A stretch of 62,964 nucleotides of DNA, filler included, from Pelomyxa schiedti (taxonomy: Eukaryota; Protista; Evosea), in the NCBI GenBank assembly GCA_020536535.1. It is 10 parts of 10 records of this genome, joined end to end, with 100 filler letters (N's around TTAATTAATTAA, not from the genome) between each part and the next. Parts side by side here need not be neighbours in the genome. Positions count along the whole stretch, not along the records: positions 34,716 to 37,712 come from JAHLWZ010001837.1; positions 37,813 to 39,293 come from JAHLWZ010002474.1; positions 39,394 to 50,529 come from JAHLWZ010001247.1; 7 more parts are not named here. One strand, written 5' to 3'. Under the pieces are notes generated by a model. The model was given only the letters and a program-made list of their open reading frames with translations, was not told the DNA's origin and ran no database searches. This document shows positions 35,840 to 49,072 of this stretch, piece by piece. Within the stretch, counting starts at the first letter, position 1, and each line of letters starts with the position of its first letter. Both the position numbers and the translations under genes were made by a program.

Positions 35840-37072
35840 ATGCAACGTGGTCACATTTCTGTTGAAGTTGCGATCGACGCACGAGACCAATTCGTTGCGA
35901 TGTACCTCGCGTTGTGCCCACCACCATCACCACCCACAATCCCATCTCGGGCGCCTGCTCGCATCTCCAACGACGTTGTTCGGCTCATCGGTGAGCGTTG
36001 GGTGCTCACTCCCGTACGTCGCTTCATTGTCAAGAGTGAGAACGAGTCGTGTCGGCCCATCGTCGCGTCGATCGGCGCCACGCTTGGCGTCGTAAGTGCC
36101 AAAGAGACCAACGAATGGACCAACGACCACACCTTTTGGTGCTGGTTGGGATGTGACAGGATCCTGGGGAGGCTTTGGGGGAAAGATACTTGGGCTTGCC
36201 AACAGTCCTCCAGCCAGATCGTTGATTGGTCAAAGAGCCCTGGTGGTCACAGGGTAGGCACCATCCAGACTCCCAAGTCCAAGGCAATTTCAAGGTTCTG
36301 GGGAAACCACAAGTGGGCCCTGGGCGTCGCTCAAGGCAACCTACTCATCCACAGAGCAATTCCCTCCCCGACATCATTGTGGGTGCGGCTTGAAATCCCA
36401 GATTCTTGGAAGGTTGATGTTGTGTTCTCACACACTGTGCCCGACCTGATTGGGTTTGGTGACGAAGCCACAGTGCTTGCCAGGTTTGAGAGGAGTGGAA
36501 ATGAGCTTATGAGGGAGGTGATGACTGTGGACCTGGAAAGGAGCGAAAATGAGCACGTGAGGAAGGTGATGACTGTGGACCTGGAAAGGAGCTTCTCATC
36601 AGGATCGCTGGTTGTTGTGAAGGAGGAAAGGGAGCTGACAACGCGGGACACCTATTGCACCCCCCCATGCCTTTTCGTTGATGATGCCAGTGGTCACTCC
36701 GTGGCTGTGGAGCTCGTGTATGAGCGCCCGCCAAGCAAGCCCTTCAGTGCCTTTGTTTCGAACCTCGCAACGGGTGAGAGGACATTGCTGACTGATGGAT
36801 GTCGGGGCATCAACAAGGCCGGCAACGAGCTGGTGAGGGTTGGGACAGCAGCCGCGTTCAACGTGTTCACCTGTCAACCCTGCACCTCGATCATTTGGCC
36901 AAGTGATGAATATCAGCGCCTCATGGACCGTGGCCTCATTGTGGGAAAAGAAACCACAGCAGGCAAATCGACTCGATGCATATGCAGGGCTGTGATTGAT
37001 GCACACACTGGATTGACTCTCTGCCGTTTCCACACTCTGTGGAGTGAGGGCACCACTCTTGAATTCCTGTAG
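35840..37072 (+). CDS. Expanded-family protein (IDARDQFVAM module plus beta-rich body), intronless
   Basis: 410-aa ORF. The motifs IGATLGVV, NHKW, VDLERS and DAHTG are shared with the 50937 gene. Confidence 0.78.
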   Translation: MQRGHISVEVAIDARDQFVAMYLALCPPPSPPTIPSRAPARISNDVVRLIGERWVLTPVRRFIVKSENESCRPIVASIGATLGVVSAKETNEWTNDHTFWCWLGCDRILGRLWGKDTWACQQSSSQIVDWSKSPGGHRVGTIQTPKSKAISRFWGNHKWALGVAQGNLLIHRAIPSPTSLWVRLEIPDSWKVDVVFSHTVPDLIGFGDEATVLARFERSGNELMREVMTVDLERSENEHVRKVMTVDLERSFSSGSLVVVKEERELTTRDTYCTPPCLFVDDASGHSVAVELVYERPPSKPFSAFVSNLATGERTLLTDGCRGINKAGNELVRVGTAAAFNVFTCQPCTSIIWPSDEYQRLMDRGLIVGKETTAGKSTRCICRAVIDAHTGLTLCRFHTLWSEGTTLEFL

Positions 37073-37189
37073 GTCAGTTTCCAAAAAAAAAAACCAATGC
37101 AACATAGTGTCATGTGAACAATGCACTTGCCAACCCAGAGAACAAAGGTAAATTACTCCTTTTCAGAAGGAGTTGATGTGACAGAGTGT

Positions 37190-37553
37190 CGTGTCTTCAT
37201 GTATGCTCTTTGTGCCCACCACTGCCACAACCCACAATCTCATCTCGGGCGCCTGCTCGCGTTGTTCGGCTCATTGGCGAGCGTTGGGTGCTCACCCCAG
37301 CGCGCCGCTTCATTGTCGTGGATGTGAAGGGGTTGTATCGGCCCATCGTCACTTGGAGAAATAAGTGCCGAAGAGACCAACGAATGGACTGACAACCACA
37401 CCTTTTCGTGTTGGTTGGAAATCCCTGTACATTTAAGGGCTTGAAGGGCAAACCACAACATCGACAAAATGCAGGGCAGTGATAGATGCACACACTGGAT
37501 TGACTCTGCCGTTTCCGTACTCGGTGCTATTACCCCCCATTTCAATTCCTGTA
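37190..37553 (+). pseudogene. Internally deleted, frameshifted tandem copy of the 35840 gene
   Basis: The DNA matches the 5' part (ctcgggcgcctgctcgc, gagcgttgggtgctcac, gagaccaacgaatggac) and then jumps to the 3' end (gatgcacacactggattgactct). Confidence 0.8.
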
Positions 37554-37971
37554 AGATAGTTTCTAGCTAAAAGGTTTTTTTCAGAGCTTATTGTATTCTC
37601 CCATTTGCATTTACGTGCTTTTGCTTGTGGTTACAGCGCCCACAAGCAGCACTTTTAGTATTTTTGTGGTGTGTGTGATGATAGGTGTGACAATGAGCCT
37701 CCTGACGAGCGGNNNNNNNNNNNNNNNNNNNNNNNNNNNNNNNNNNNNNNNNNNNNTTAATTAATTAANNNNNNNNNNNNNNNNNNNNNNNNNNNNNNNN
37801 NNNNNNNNNNNNATTACTCAACCAATTCCAGTTGACATCCCTGTAGTGGAATCTCCTTTAACCCTACAACAACAATTCCAACAACTACATAATTCAAAGC
37901 ACATTGCTCACCCAGTAAGTAATTGCCTATGTTAAATAATTAAAGAAATATTTTTTTTAATAATTGATGTA

Positions 37972-39293
37972 GGACCAACGTTTAGTCTCTGTTCTTCTTG
38001 TGCAACTAGATGAATCTAAGAAGGCTCTCCAAGAAGAGAAAGAAGAGTGTGAACGTCAACATTCCAGAGAAAGGCATTTCTTTCAAGAACAAATCACTAA
38101 GTGTGAAGCTAGGATTGCTCAATTGGACAAAGATAATGCAGCACTGCTTTCAAAGCAAGACTTAGAAATTGCACAGTTGAAAAAAGATCATGCCACAGAG
38201 ATTCAAGTTCTCAAACAAGAAAATGCTCATAAAATCACACAGCTCAATGATGAACACAAGATAGCTGTTCAACTTTATCAACAACAACTACAATCATTCT
38301 CTCAGACCAACTCCTCTCTCACTCAAAGCTTCTCAAGTATTGTGTCTCTTGTTAAAGCTCCTTTGCATTCTTAAATTTTTTTTTTTAGAATTTCCAAGCA
38401 GTGAACAAACACCATGGAACCAACTTCAAAGTCGCATGTCACAACAAAATATCCAACAACGAAAGAGTGAGATAGAAATGGGTACATTCATCAAATTACA
38501 AATGAATTTGTCAAATCCAGAGTGGACAAACTTGTGTCATTTATTGGGGATCAAAGAGCGGAAAAAGGCAAGATTGGCTTGTCTTCATGAACATAGTGAT
38601 TGGGCCAAGATTTCTGCAATGTCATCTCCCTACAATGGAGCCTTTGTTTCTTGTTCTAAACTGTTTCATTTCCTTGTGGAACATGCATCTTCCCATGATT
38701 TATGGTGTTTTCATGACTTGATCATGTGCTTGTCAAAGGTTTCATTGATGGTTGCCAATTATGGGGCAAAAACCTCTTTTATGGATTGAGTCTTGCCTCA
38801 GTGGTGTCACCACAGAATCAAGCATGTTTTGGTACAATTGCAATGCTGAAGTTGGATGCCCCATGTGATGAACAACTTTTGATTGATGTGGAAAACCAAA
38901 TTCACTTTGCTCACTTTTTACAAAAGCTCCATCAAAAATCGCTCTCAGTGAATTTCACTGATGGAAGTTCTGTTCAAAAACAAGTAAGAACTTGCCTCTG
39001 TGTTGACTGGATGCAAGCAGTGCCTCTGTCAACAAATTGTGCACTACCAAGTGCACACCAACCCTCTTGCAATGACCAGTGCATTTGTGTGAGAGATGGC
39101 TGTGAGTTCTCTGTTAGACACAAGTTGGGAGGCTGGAAAACAGATATTTGGCATGTTTACTATCACTTGACACATGCAGAAGAACTGTGCAAACCACTCA
39201 AAGACAGGCTTGTGTATGACCCAATGCACTGTTTTACAAATGTGGTTTTGAACCTCTTGTCTTCTTGTCACAAGTGGTTGAAATCCATTGAGT
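37972..39293 (+). mobile_element. Candidate RAG1/Transib-like DDE transposase (frameshifted, truncated) with upstream coiled coil
   Basis: Ordered motifs LVKGFIDG, RTCLCVDW, a Cys cluster (CNDQCICVRDGC) and LVYDPMHC. A 1-nt frameshift near 38715-38725 joins the two ORFs. Confidence 0.45.
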
Positions 39294-39393
39294 NNNNNNN
39301 NNNNNNNNNNNNNNNNNNNNNNNNNNNNNNNNNNNNNTTAATTAATTAANNNNNNNNNNNNNNNNNNNNNNNNNNNNNNNNNNNNNNNNNNNN

Positions 39394-42300
39394 GACAAGC
39401 TTGTCAAGTGCTCCTACGACAACCCGGCACGCTCTTTGAAGGTGTTAATATCATCAATTATTCAAATGGCATTCAATGGACACAAGCACCACCAAGGTAA
39501 CAAAAACCAACAAAGCCAGTCCCTGATATAATGATTTATGCTATTCTTGAATAGGTCAGGATACACCATTACTTCTTCCCCTCATTAAAGCGAGCGTGGA
39601 AGGATCATTTGACATTGACATTAAGTGGATGGCTCCTCCAACCGTTCAAGCGATTTTTCATGTCCTTTCAGGGGATAACGACAGAGATATTCAAAAAGAC
39701 GCAATGGGGGCATGGGGAAAAGCTGGGAATTGGAGTGCTGTGAGAGGGCTTCTCCATGAAACAGTACACAAAGTGGGCTTTGATGATAAACCACTCAAAG
39801 CCCACCCCCAGTTGAGGAGGCTTGAATGGGGTGTGATCAAAGCCTTCCTATTATTCGGTGAGATGCCAGTCAAGCAAGCCCACAACAAAAGAGTTGTTAT
39901 TGTTGGGGGACCCCATGCTCTCAAAACAGAATTACTGAAATGCCTGATGAAAAACAAACCCAAAATAAAGGTGAAGCTCCGCACTGCAAAGTCAGAAGCC
40001 GGTTCTCCAGTCATACAAGTTCACAAACCCCTCAATTTGCGGAAGAAGGGGTCTGAGTTTTCCACTTGGACCACATGGGAATTAGGTTTGTGGATCTGCA
40101 TGCTCCAACCCTTCTCCTCTCCAATATCACACCAACAAAAGGTGGGAGTGACGAGGACTGGGATCCATTTTACCCTTGCTTCTTTTTCAGTGATTCCATA
40201 TTCATGCTTGTTTTTGATGGTTCATATGCAAACCTTCACGTGACACTTCCCAAATTGCACTTCTGGCTCCATCAAATCGTTGAATGCCACAACAGCAAGA
40301 GAGAGAGAATCCATTCTGTTCCCACCAGTCCCAAGGTGATTTTTTTTGGATTTTATATCAAACCCTCCACCAAAGAGGCACTTGACACATTATTCTCCCC
40401 TTTGATCAGGCACTGGAAATCGAAGATTACTTTCTGTGGGGGCTTTGCAGTGAACTTGGCTAATGGATGTGGCTATACCTATGACAAGCAGTATTCACAG
40501 GCAACCATAAGCCGCCATATTATTAGGTCTATCACTGATGCACTTGCCAACGCTGCATCAGTAGAACCATACTATGTTCCACCAAGCTGGGTGAAGCTGA
40601 AAGGTGTACTGACCTCAATGGCAAAAACACAGCCATTCCTTCCAAGATGGTCTCAATTGGTCAGAATGGCACGTGAATGTGGAGTGGGGAGAATCACTGG
40701 AAAAGAAAGTTGGCCCAACAAGCAAGAGGCAATGGGGATGTGCTTTGACTGGTTGTCTGACATGGGTTCCATTTTCCACTTCAGGCACAAGTCTATCTCA
40801 GGCAAACCTTGCGGTTCAGTTCCAGGCATAGACAGTGAGATTGTGGTTTTGAATCCATCTTGGTTCACTGAGACCATGAAGCCTACTGTCTTCAGTGACC
40901 TGAGTGGTTCTAAGTACATGACAGTAGAAGAGGGAAAGGCGACGTGGTTGGACGCTCTTGGAAACCAACAACTCACCCCAGTCTATTCCACTCCTGACCC
41001 CAGTTACTTCTGGAGCATGAAGAGATTCAGAAAAATTCATGCCTGCCTTCTCCCTTTTGGATTTCTCCCTGCCGAGGCATTTGGATCAGTCATATGTTCA
41101 CTGTGCAACATTCCTGATTCAACTCCAATAAAGATGTGGAAGGACGGCATGGTGATCTCCAAATCCTCCACCGATGACGGAAAAATCGAAGTGTTCCACC
41201 TGCTGATGAACCGTGTTGTTGACAAAGCCACAGGGTACACAAAAGTCGAGCTCACAATGAAACTAATCTGCCAAGAGGGAAAAAAGCAAATCAACTGGAA
41301 GAACAACCCAATGACCTCTGCTATTGATTTGCTCAGGAGAGCCGCTTGCTCAACGACTGAGAACCCTTCATTGGATCCCTTGTTCGTTTGCCCAAAGTGC
41401 TGGGCGAAGAACGACTTTGCACCAGACTGGGGATCAATGTTTGGATCTCCTTTGGATGAAGGTCCCAACAGCAGTTTCACTTCCCACAAAAAGATCATCC
41501 AAGCACTGACAGGACCTAAAGCTACCACCATTTCCTGCTGCAAGAACCATGAACATGTGGAAGTTGCTGATGTTGTTCCAGAAGATTTCATCAACCCTCC
41601 TCCACCTCACATCAGCAGCAACAGCGGCACCACAAATGATGATGAAAAACACTTCCCAGTGTTGTATTCCAAGTATTCAAATTTTGATGACAGTGAGCCA
41701 AATCGTGACACTATCAACGCCCTTTTCACACCAGAAGCCACCACTTTGAGACGCATTCCAGACCACAACAATGTAGCAAAGTTCTTTGGTTTGGCACTGC
41801 ATAAGGGCACATCGCTATTGGGAAACACTGAGTCCGAACTGCCGGTTTGCCAAACTCGTCACTTGCTCCCTGAAACGTTGAGCACAAACCAAGTCGTTTC
41901 ATTGGCCGACCTACTGAAAGTGTTGTGCGTCGACCCTTCTTCTTTTTCCAACGAGAACTTCCAATATGGGGGAGCGCTGGAGGAAGTTCTTCCAATGGAC
42001 CTGCGGGAAAAGATTGTGTTCGATGTTGCACTGGGACTGGAGTACCTCCACAGCCAGCACCCTCCAATTGTCCATGGCGACGTTCACATTGGTTTGTTGA
42101 GTGTCCCCCCTCACTCTTCTTCTTCTTCATTGGTGACATTTTTCACAGGAAACGTATTGATAACTTCCTTGGATCCGAATGTATCAAAACCTTTGGCAAA
42201 GGTTTCTCCTCCCCAGATCATGTGAAAAACCTCAGCAACACAAAGATCACTCACAGGAGAATACCGGGGGAGGACCATGGAGAGAGTGGCACTGCAGAAA

Positions 42301-43033
42301 CACCAGAATCAATACTGCAAAGGAGCGCCCTTTTCAGTATTCAGGGTGATGTGTGGAATTTCGGTATTTTGTCCCCATATTTAACATTTGCTTTAACAGT
42401 ATATTAAAAAATCAAAAAAGATCTAGATAATGAAATATTTATTTTTTTTATTACAACACCATCTCCATTCTCACAGTCGCCACAAGGAATTCTCGTGCAC
42501 AACGTTGTGGCACCGCTGTCCTTTGTTGCCCTCAAATCGGCCCCAACGTCAAGCCCGCTGAACAATGCCGCCGCAACCAATCCCGGTAATTTCGCACATT
42601 CCGGTTCCGGCTCTCTAACTCACACCCGGCACCAGGATCCAAATTGAAGCGGCATTCACACCGGGAACACCTTCAACGGTCTGAGAGGTTCCACGTTTGC
42701 AGTGCACTCGCCAGTGGCAAATTTGTTGTTGACACTGACCACTGCACCACAACATCACCGGCATCACCATGGGAGCAAACAATACAATGCCCATCCCCAT
42801 CCTCAGCCTCAGGCACCAAAAACAGCATCAGAACCGCAAATGGAACTGCAACGGTTCCTCCTCCCAGTTACCCATTACCGTTGTGGGCACGCCAGTTGAT
42901 TACACTGTGCCTCGTTGCTGATCCATCGGACAGGCCTTCAATGACTGGCCTCAATTGCGCTTGGGGATACATAAACCCGAGAATTGTGAAAGTGACGACT
43001 TCCCGAAAGAAGGAACCAGAGAGTCATCCCTGA
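39394..43033 (+). CDS. ROCO-type protein (degenerate Roc GTPase-COR-kinase-like), 5' truncated
   Basis: Roc-like KRVVIVGGPHALKTELLKCL, TWELG, FYPCFFFSDSIFMLVFD and FWLHQI. COR-like VPPSW, WLSDMGSIFHF, VVLNPSWF, FGFLP and WKDG. Kinase-like DVALGLEYLHSQHPPIVHGDVHIGNVLI, GDVWNFG and CLVADPSDRPSM. Confidence 0.78.
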
Positions 43034-43219
43034 GCGACCCTCAAGTCGGACAACTTCTAGGAATTCAATGGCACATGGTGCCGTGCTGTGGTTCCGCTGA
43101 ATACCACTCACACCTTTGATTCCCAAAAAAAGAACTTGCTCGATCCAAAGTAGTGTGTCGCCTCAGCCTTTTTTTTGGTTAAACTGGTTCCAACACAGTT
43201 TGCTTTGATCGTTGAAGTG

Positions 43220-45778
43220 ATGACGAGTGGAGGCAGGCAGCGTGGGTGGGTTTTGGAGGTGTCGCGAGTTGTGTGGGACTGGGTGTTGGTACCGTGGGTC
43301 ATCCCACAATCCCACCGCGCCCTCATGTTCTTTCCACATCGCAACGACATCGCGCCGGACCTCGAGGGGCTCGGACCCGAGTACTTCCTCCTCGACCCGA
43401 GGAGACCCAAGGACAAGCACGCAGTGGCTCTTGTGCGAGTGGCCGAGGCGATGTTCCCCCTCGCTGGGCCGGCCTGCCGGGCCCTCATGCGGGCCCGCGG
43501 TGCCTCCCGCCGCTGGTTCCTCCGCTGTTGCGGGGAAGCCCAGGCACCCTCCTGCTGCCGCTGGTTCCTGGACCACTTCCCCCACGGCTCCCCCACCATC
43601 ACAAGCGGCCCAGTCCCCATCCCAAGCCCGCAGCAGCAGGAGGGGCAGGGGGAGTGGAGGAGGCAGGGGTGGGGGAAGGAGTGCATGGCCGTGCTGACCG
43701 GGCTGTGCCGCGGGGGTCACCTGGACTCGGCCAGGAGGTTCGTGGACGAAGGGGCACCCTGGGGCTCGTTGCTGTGGCCTCGCAACAGGTCCATTGTTGG
43801 CACCTGTGATTCCCCACGTGCGACAGCAACAAGCAGTGGAGGTGGAAGCCGGTTTGTGTTTTATCCGCTTCCCACTTGTTGTCACGAGTATGATAATGAT
43901 GATGGTTGTGTGGCTGGAAGTGGCGGTGATTATACTGTTGGGAGGCTGGAGAGCGAATTCTGGGGTGATAAGGGTATCCCAGCACTCCTGGACATTGTGG
44001 CCGAACGAGGGCACCTCGACACACTCAAGTGGGCACTGTCTCGATTCGGCGGGACTGAAGAGTCTTGGTTTCTGCTGAAACGACTTCTATCCGCTGCCCA
44101 GGGGTTCCAGGTTGACACAGTTGTGTGGCTGGCAAATGCAATCAATTCCCCAGAGAGGTTAGGTCCGCAACTTAAGAACTGGTGGTGGGGAGTTCCTCAA
44201 AGTGCATCTGACATCAGGAGGCTCATGGAAACTCTCTTTCCAGAGTGGCCCCTTGATCCCAGTAACATGGCATGGAGTGCAGTGAACTGCAAGGGACCAG
44301 CAGACGAGATCATAAGCGTGTGCACGTGGTTGACGCAGTGGCTTCCGTCAGAGGAAATGGATTTCACCGACTCCAGGAACTGTGAAGTCGTCAAGTGGGC
44401 ACTGGAATGTGTGAACCATTCCCTTCTCGAACCCAAATTGGGGCGTATTCTTCAGAATGTGGATGATGTCCAGTTCGCACAGTGGTTGTTGGAGAGACCA
44501 ACCCCAACCAAATCTGATTTCCAGAGTGTATGCACGCACAGAAAGGACAATGTGGACATTGCCAAATTGGTGTGTGAAAATCTCCCTTTAAGCTCTGAGG
44601 ATATCCTTGATGCTCTCCACATTGCACTTGCAAACGGCAACACGCGCATTGCACAGTTTCTTGAGGAGTGCTTCTTCAATCTCACCAAAACAACGTCAAC
44701 TCTTTCCCTGAGCAAGCTTATTGAATACAATAACATCGATGGACCAGCGTTCAACTGGCAACATGCAGGGGTCGTGAACATCCCTGAGAGCGAAGTTGTT
44801 TGTGTGTTGAAGGGAATCCTGGATTCCGGCTCTACAGGCAGTGACCTGGCATTGTTTCTGATTGAGAAGTTCAGACCACGTTTGGGGGCTTGGTTCTCAG
44901 CCCATAATTTTCTAAAGGAGGCAATGGGAAACGGGGGTGACCTCCTTCAAGTCAAAAGGATTGTGAAGGTTGCTGAAAGGCAAGTTGGTGGGCTGGCTCC
45001 CACTGAGATTCTGAGCCTCTTGGAAAATTACTCAAACTCCAGCAAAGTGGTCAAGTGGCTGATTTCACATTTCAACTTGGGAAAGCACATGACCTCCAAA
45101 CAGAAGGGGAAGATTCTGGTGGGCTTGATTTCTGCAAACAAGTGCAGCTGTGCACAGTGGTTTTCCTACAAGTTCTCTGTTACCACTGAAGATGTATGTG
45201 AAATTCATCTTCTGCAAAAAAAATTTCATCTGCTGCACAACAAATCAATAGCACCACTAACCTCAGAACCCAAAGGTTTTCCAGTGGCCACAGTTTTGTC
45301 CCAGCACAGCTGATTTTGCAGGCTGGAATTTGATGTTAGGACTGTTCCCAATCATCACCAAGCAGGCTGTCATCAACCACTTCCTGCCCACTGTGGCATC
45401 ATCACCACTCCTGGTGCAGTGGTGGCCTGACATCACTGCAACTAAAGANNNNNNNNNNNNNNNNNNNNNNNNNNNNNNNNNNNNNNNNNNNNNNNNNNNN
45501 NNNNNNNNNNNNNNNNNNNNNNNNNNNNNNNNNNNNNNNNNNNNNNNNATTTGATGTTAGGACTGTTCCCAATCATCACCAAGCAGGCTGTCATCAACCA
45601 CTTCCTGCCCACTGTGGCATCATCACCACTCCTGGTGCAGTGGTGGCCTGACATCACTGCAACTAAAGAATATCTCACAGCAGCAAAGTGTGCCAACAAC
45701 CAGGAAACCATTTGGTGGTTGCAGGAGCAAGGTCTCCTCCCAGAGACAAACCCAACAACCACAATCAGTTTCAATTGA
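43220..45778 (+). CDS. Ankyrin-like repeat protein with family N-terminal module
   Basis: Repeats LCRGGHLDSARRF, VAERGHLDTLKWAL and ALANGNTRIAQFL; N-terminal SRVVWDWVL. One probable intron and a 100-N gap lie near the 3' end. Confidence 0.7.
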
Positions 45779-46078
45779 CAAACCATTGAAACTGTTGGCA
45801 CTCACATTAGACTCACCCCAAAAAACACTTTTAGCATATTCCTGCACACATCCCGCTCACGGTGCTGCCTCTGCACGTCGTCGTCGACGACGTTGGGTGC
45901 CAACTTTGTCATGATGCAGAACACAGTACAAATTAGGTACTACAACGGACCGCAGTCACCCACCCGCTGACGCATACAACCCAACAACCTCGTAGCCCTT
46001 GTAACTCTGTGAATTAACGCCAAAAAAAGCTCCTTTCTTTTGGGCTCAAAGAAACAGGAAAATCAAAATCAAGACGCA

Positions 46079-49072
46079 ATGGTGGGGGCTGCGTTCTTAT
46101 TTCCCTATTTCCCGTGAAAACGAAGGACGGCTACGTAGTGGTGGTTCGTTCATCCTCCCCTTCGTGGTCATTCGTTGCGCTTCTCCTCCATCTTACCAGA
46201 TACGCACAACGGCAGTGCGACGCTGACAGATCGTCCGCATTTGAAACATTTGAAGCCCCGCGTCACCCAACCGGGGCAGCCTTCCTTGCGCTTCCTCTTC
46301 CTCAGCTTCGTCCTCGTTCTCTTGTCAGCGTCGCTGTACCTCAGGTCCGGCTTGGAGGGCCGAGTGCCCCGTGTGCCACCCACCTACTGTTTAATCGGTG
46401 ATGAGCTCAGGTGAGCGGCTCCAACATCTGCTTATGCAAGAGCTCATATGTTTTACCTGATGAAAAACCAAGACAAGGAAAAACTAGTCTCTTGCAACCG
46501 GCAAAAAAAAGAGCGTTCTGGACACGGCCCACCCATCAGAAGGCCCATTTGAACACCAAATAGTGTCAAATGAGCAAGAAAGAACAGTTGTCAGAATCAT
46601 CAGGGTGCGAGTGAATAGAGGTACCACCGCACTCCAGTTTGTTCTGAACCTTTTCTTTCTGAAGGTGTCCCTGCTGTTTGACTTGTGCTATTGCTTTCAT
46701 CCTTTTCACTCTGTCAAGGCAAATTTGTAAATCAATGTGCATTTTTCGGAAAGAAAACACGTGATGATATCTTTTAACCCCAGTTCAATTTTCACACAAC
46801 TCCCAGCTACAATTATCCTTTGGAACATAGTGTACAAGCGATTTCACAGAGACTGCCACTCCTACTTGGCGATTAGACTCCCGATAGCAGATCGAAGCAC
46901 TCGTGACAGAAGCAGGACGATCAGGTGCTCAGTGTACCACAGGGATATTCCCTCTCCACAAACATGAGATGGCAAGCCTTGTACTGGAGACCAATACAAT
47001 TGACTGTGACCAACTTCAGGATATTGAATACTCATTCCAGAACATCACTTTCGCAACATTATCGTATCGGGTGTGGTTTGAACCCTTTATTGCACAGAAA
47101 TTGCCCGATTGCCGTAGTCGCTTCTCCTTGGTTTTTTGACTGTGTAGGCAGGCAAAAGCTTGTGTCAGCCTCAGGCACCCATAATGCAGAATGTATCGCT
47201 TTTATCTTGCAGATGGGATCAAACTTTCTGAGGGCTCCTACTGTGAGACAACCAAGATGGGAAGAACATATTGGCCATTCTAACCAAGCTGCAGCCATCA
47301 ATCCTGTAGGCTGATAAGAAGGTACCCGCGCGTTCTTCTGCTTGGTGCTAGGTTTTTTTCTGGGTGTTCACCTTAACATCCAACACAAAGAAAATGGGAA
47401 AGAAATACCACTTTTGACCACAGTAGAAACAGAAATTGATGCCAAGCCAAATGGGAGCCCCAGAACTAGTTCCCAACTTGGGGTTTGATCTTCATTAGTC
47501 TTACCATATTGCCTACTGGCCACAAATTTGTGCCTTTAAATTGAGGCCCAGTGAGAGCGCATCTTTTCCAAGCCTCTGCCCAAGAGCTCTGTTTTACTCT
47601 TATACTTTTGCTGGTTGCAAGAAATCGAGGCATAGGAAGAGGGGCCAAAATGCAGCTCTTTGAGATTCTTGGACTATTTTATGGAAAGCACAATAAGTGG
47701 TGAAGCACATCTGCAGTAAGAAAGCCTCAGCTATTACTTTGCCTTACATGCACTCTCTCAACATTCTATTCTCCCACATCAGTCACATGTGGGCAGGACG
47801 TTTGTAATTTTCACATTTATATTGCTCGTTAGACGCACCATTGATTTGATTCGTTTGATCAGCCCCACTCTCCGAGTTCATGGTTGTGTATACACATTAT
47901 GCACCAGGCTGGGACGCCTCAGAGTATTGCAGTTGTGGCCCAACACAAGTTTGGGAACTTAAAAACTACCGTCAAGAAATTGGTATAACACCTATCACAG
48001 ATAGAAAGTTGCTTGGCAATATGCCAATAACAATACCATGAGTCAATGAAGCAAATGAGCTTGAATAGATTGATCTGAGGGCTGCGATTTATTTCAAGAA
48101 ATTCTTCATATACTCCTCACCAGAGGCTGAGAACAAACATACACTCCACGTTTCAGTCTTTGGATGCATCTATTATTGTCACAGATACAACCAAATTTCC
48201 GGCTCTGAAAAAAGCCTGGGACTTACCACATTATGTTTGCTGATCAAAGACTGGAAGACGAAGTTTAAGGTTTTTCTGCCCTGTTATAGGTGTTTATCTG
48301 CTTTTTATCCTTGATCTTGGGCCTTGTTTGTCTGCACAGAGAGGAAAGCAGGTATTTCCAAGCAATCGGAGCAACCCCTGTTTCGATATGGAACCGCTGC
48401 CGGAATCTCCTTCCATTGAGTTAAATCTGCAGGAATCTTGGATACCATCATAAGCTGAAAGTCCCAAACAGCTTCCAAGCACAGAAAATACTGTGAATTC
48501 ATCCAGCAGGAAGAAAGAGGTAGCATCTCAGTGAAAGGAACAGCCCAAAATATTTGTGCTCCATTTGTGGACAGCCTCTCCAAACTTCAGAACATCCAGT
48601 CATGGTCTACACGATGGTTCGAGTGTATACTTTCACACCAAGCAACAACCTGAAAGTGAATCTGAAAAGCTGGAACCAATTGGATCAGTGATCCATGGAG
48701 GAAAGTGGCAATGGCCTGCTGGATGATGTCGCTATCTAAAGATAAAGCCGTGTTGAATCCCTAAGATCAAAAGCAATGAAAAATGACCTGCATTTTCATC
48801 TTTTAAATTGGAGTGGGCCAGCGATGGCCCAGAGAGAGTGAGAGGTACATTGCACATTCCCTGAGGATTGGACAAAGACAATGCCTCCCTTTCTACCCTT
48901 TCAGCCATTTGTGGCTCTGGTTGCTGATCCCATCTGCATTTGGATTCGGAGCTCCATTGCCAGTGAATGGCTGAACAGGCCAAGCTATGGAGGTGAACTC
49001 AAACTCAGTACCATTGCCATTGGACCCCACATTAGAGCAGCCCACCAGTTTGTTCTGACGGATAACACTTAA
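46079..49072 (+). pseudogene. Probable decayed intron-containing type II membrane protein gene
   Basis: Signal-anchor-like FLFLSFVLVLLSASLYL followed by a gtgagc donor. Downstream exon-like blocks carry stops and frameshifts; no family recognised. Confidence 0.3.
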
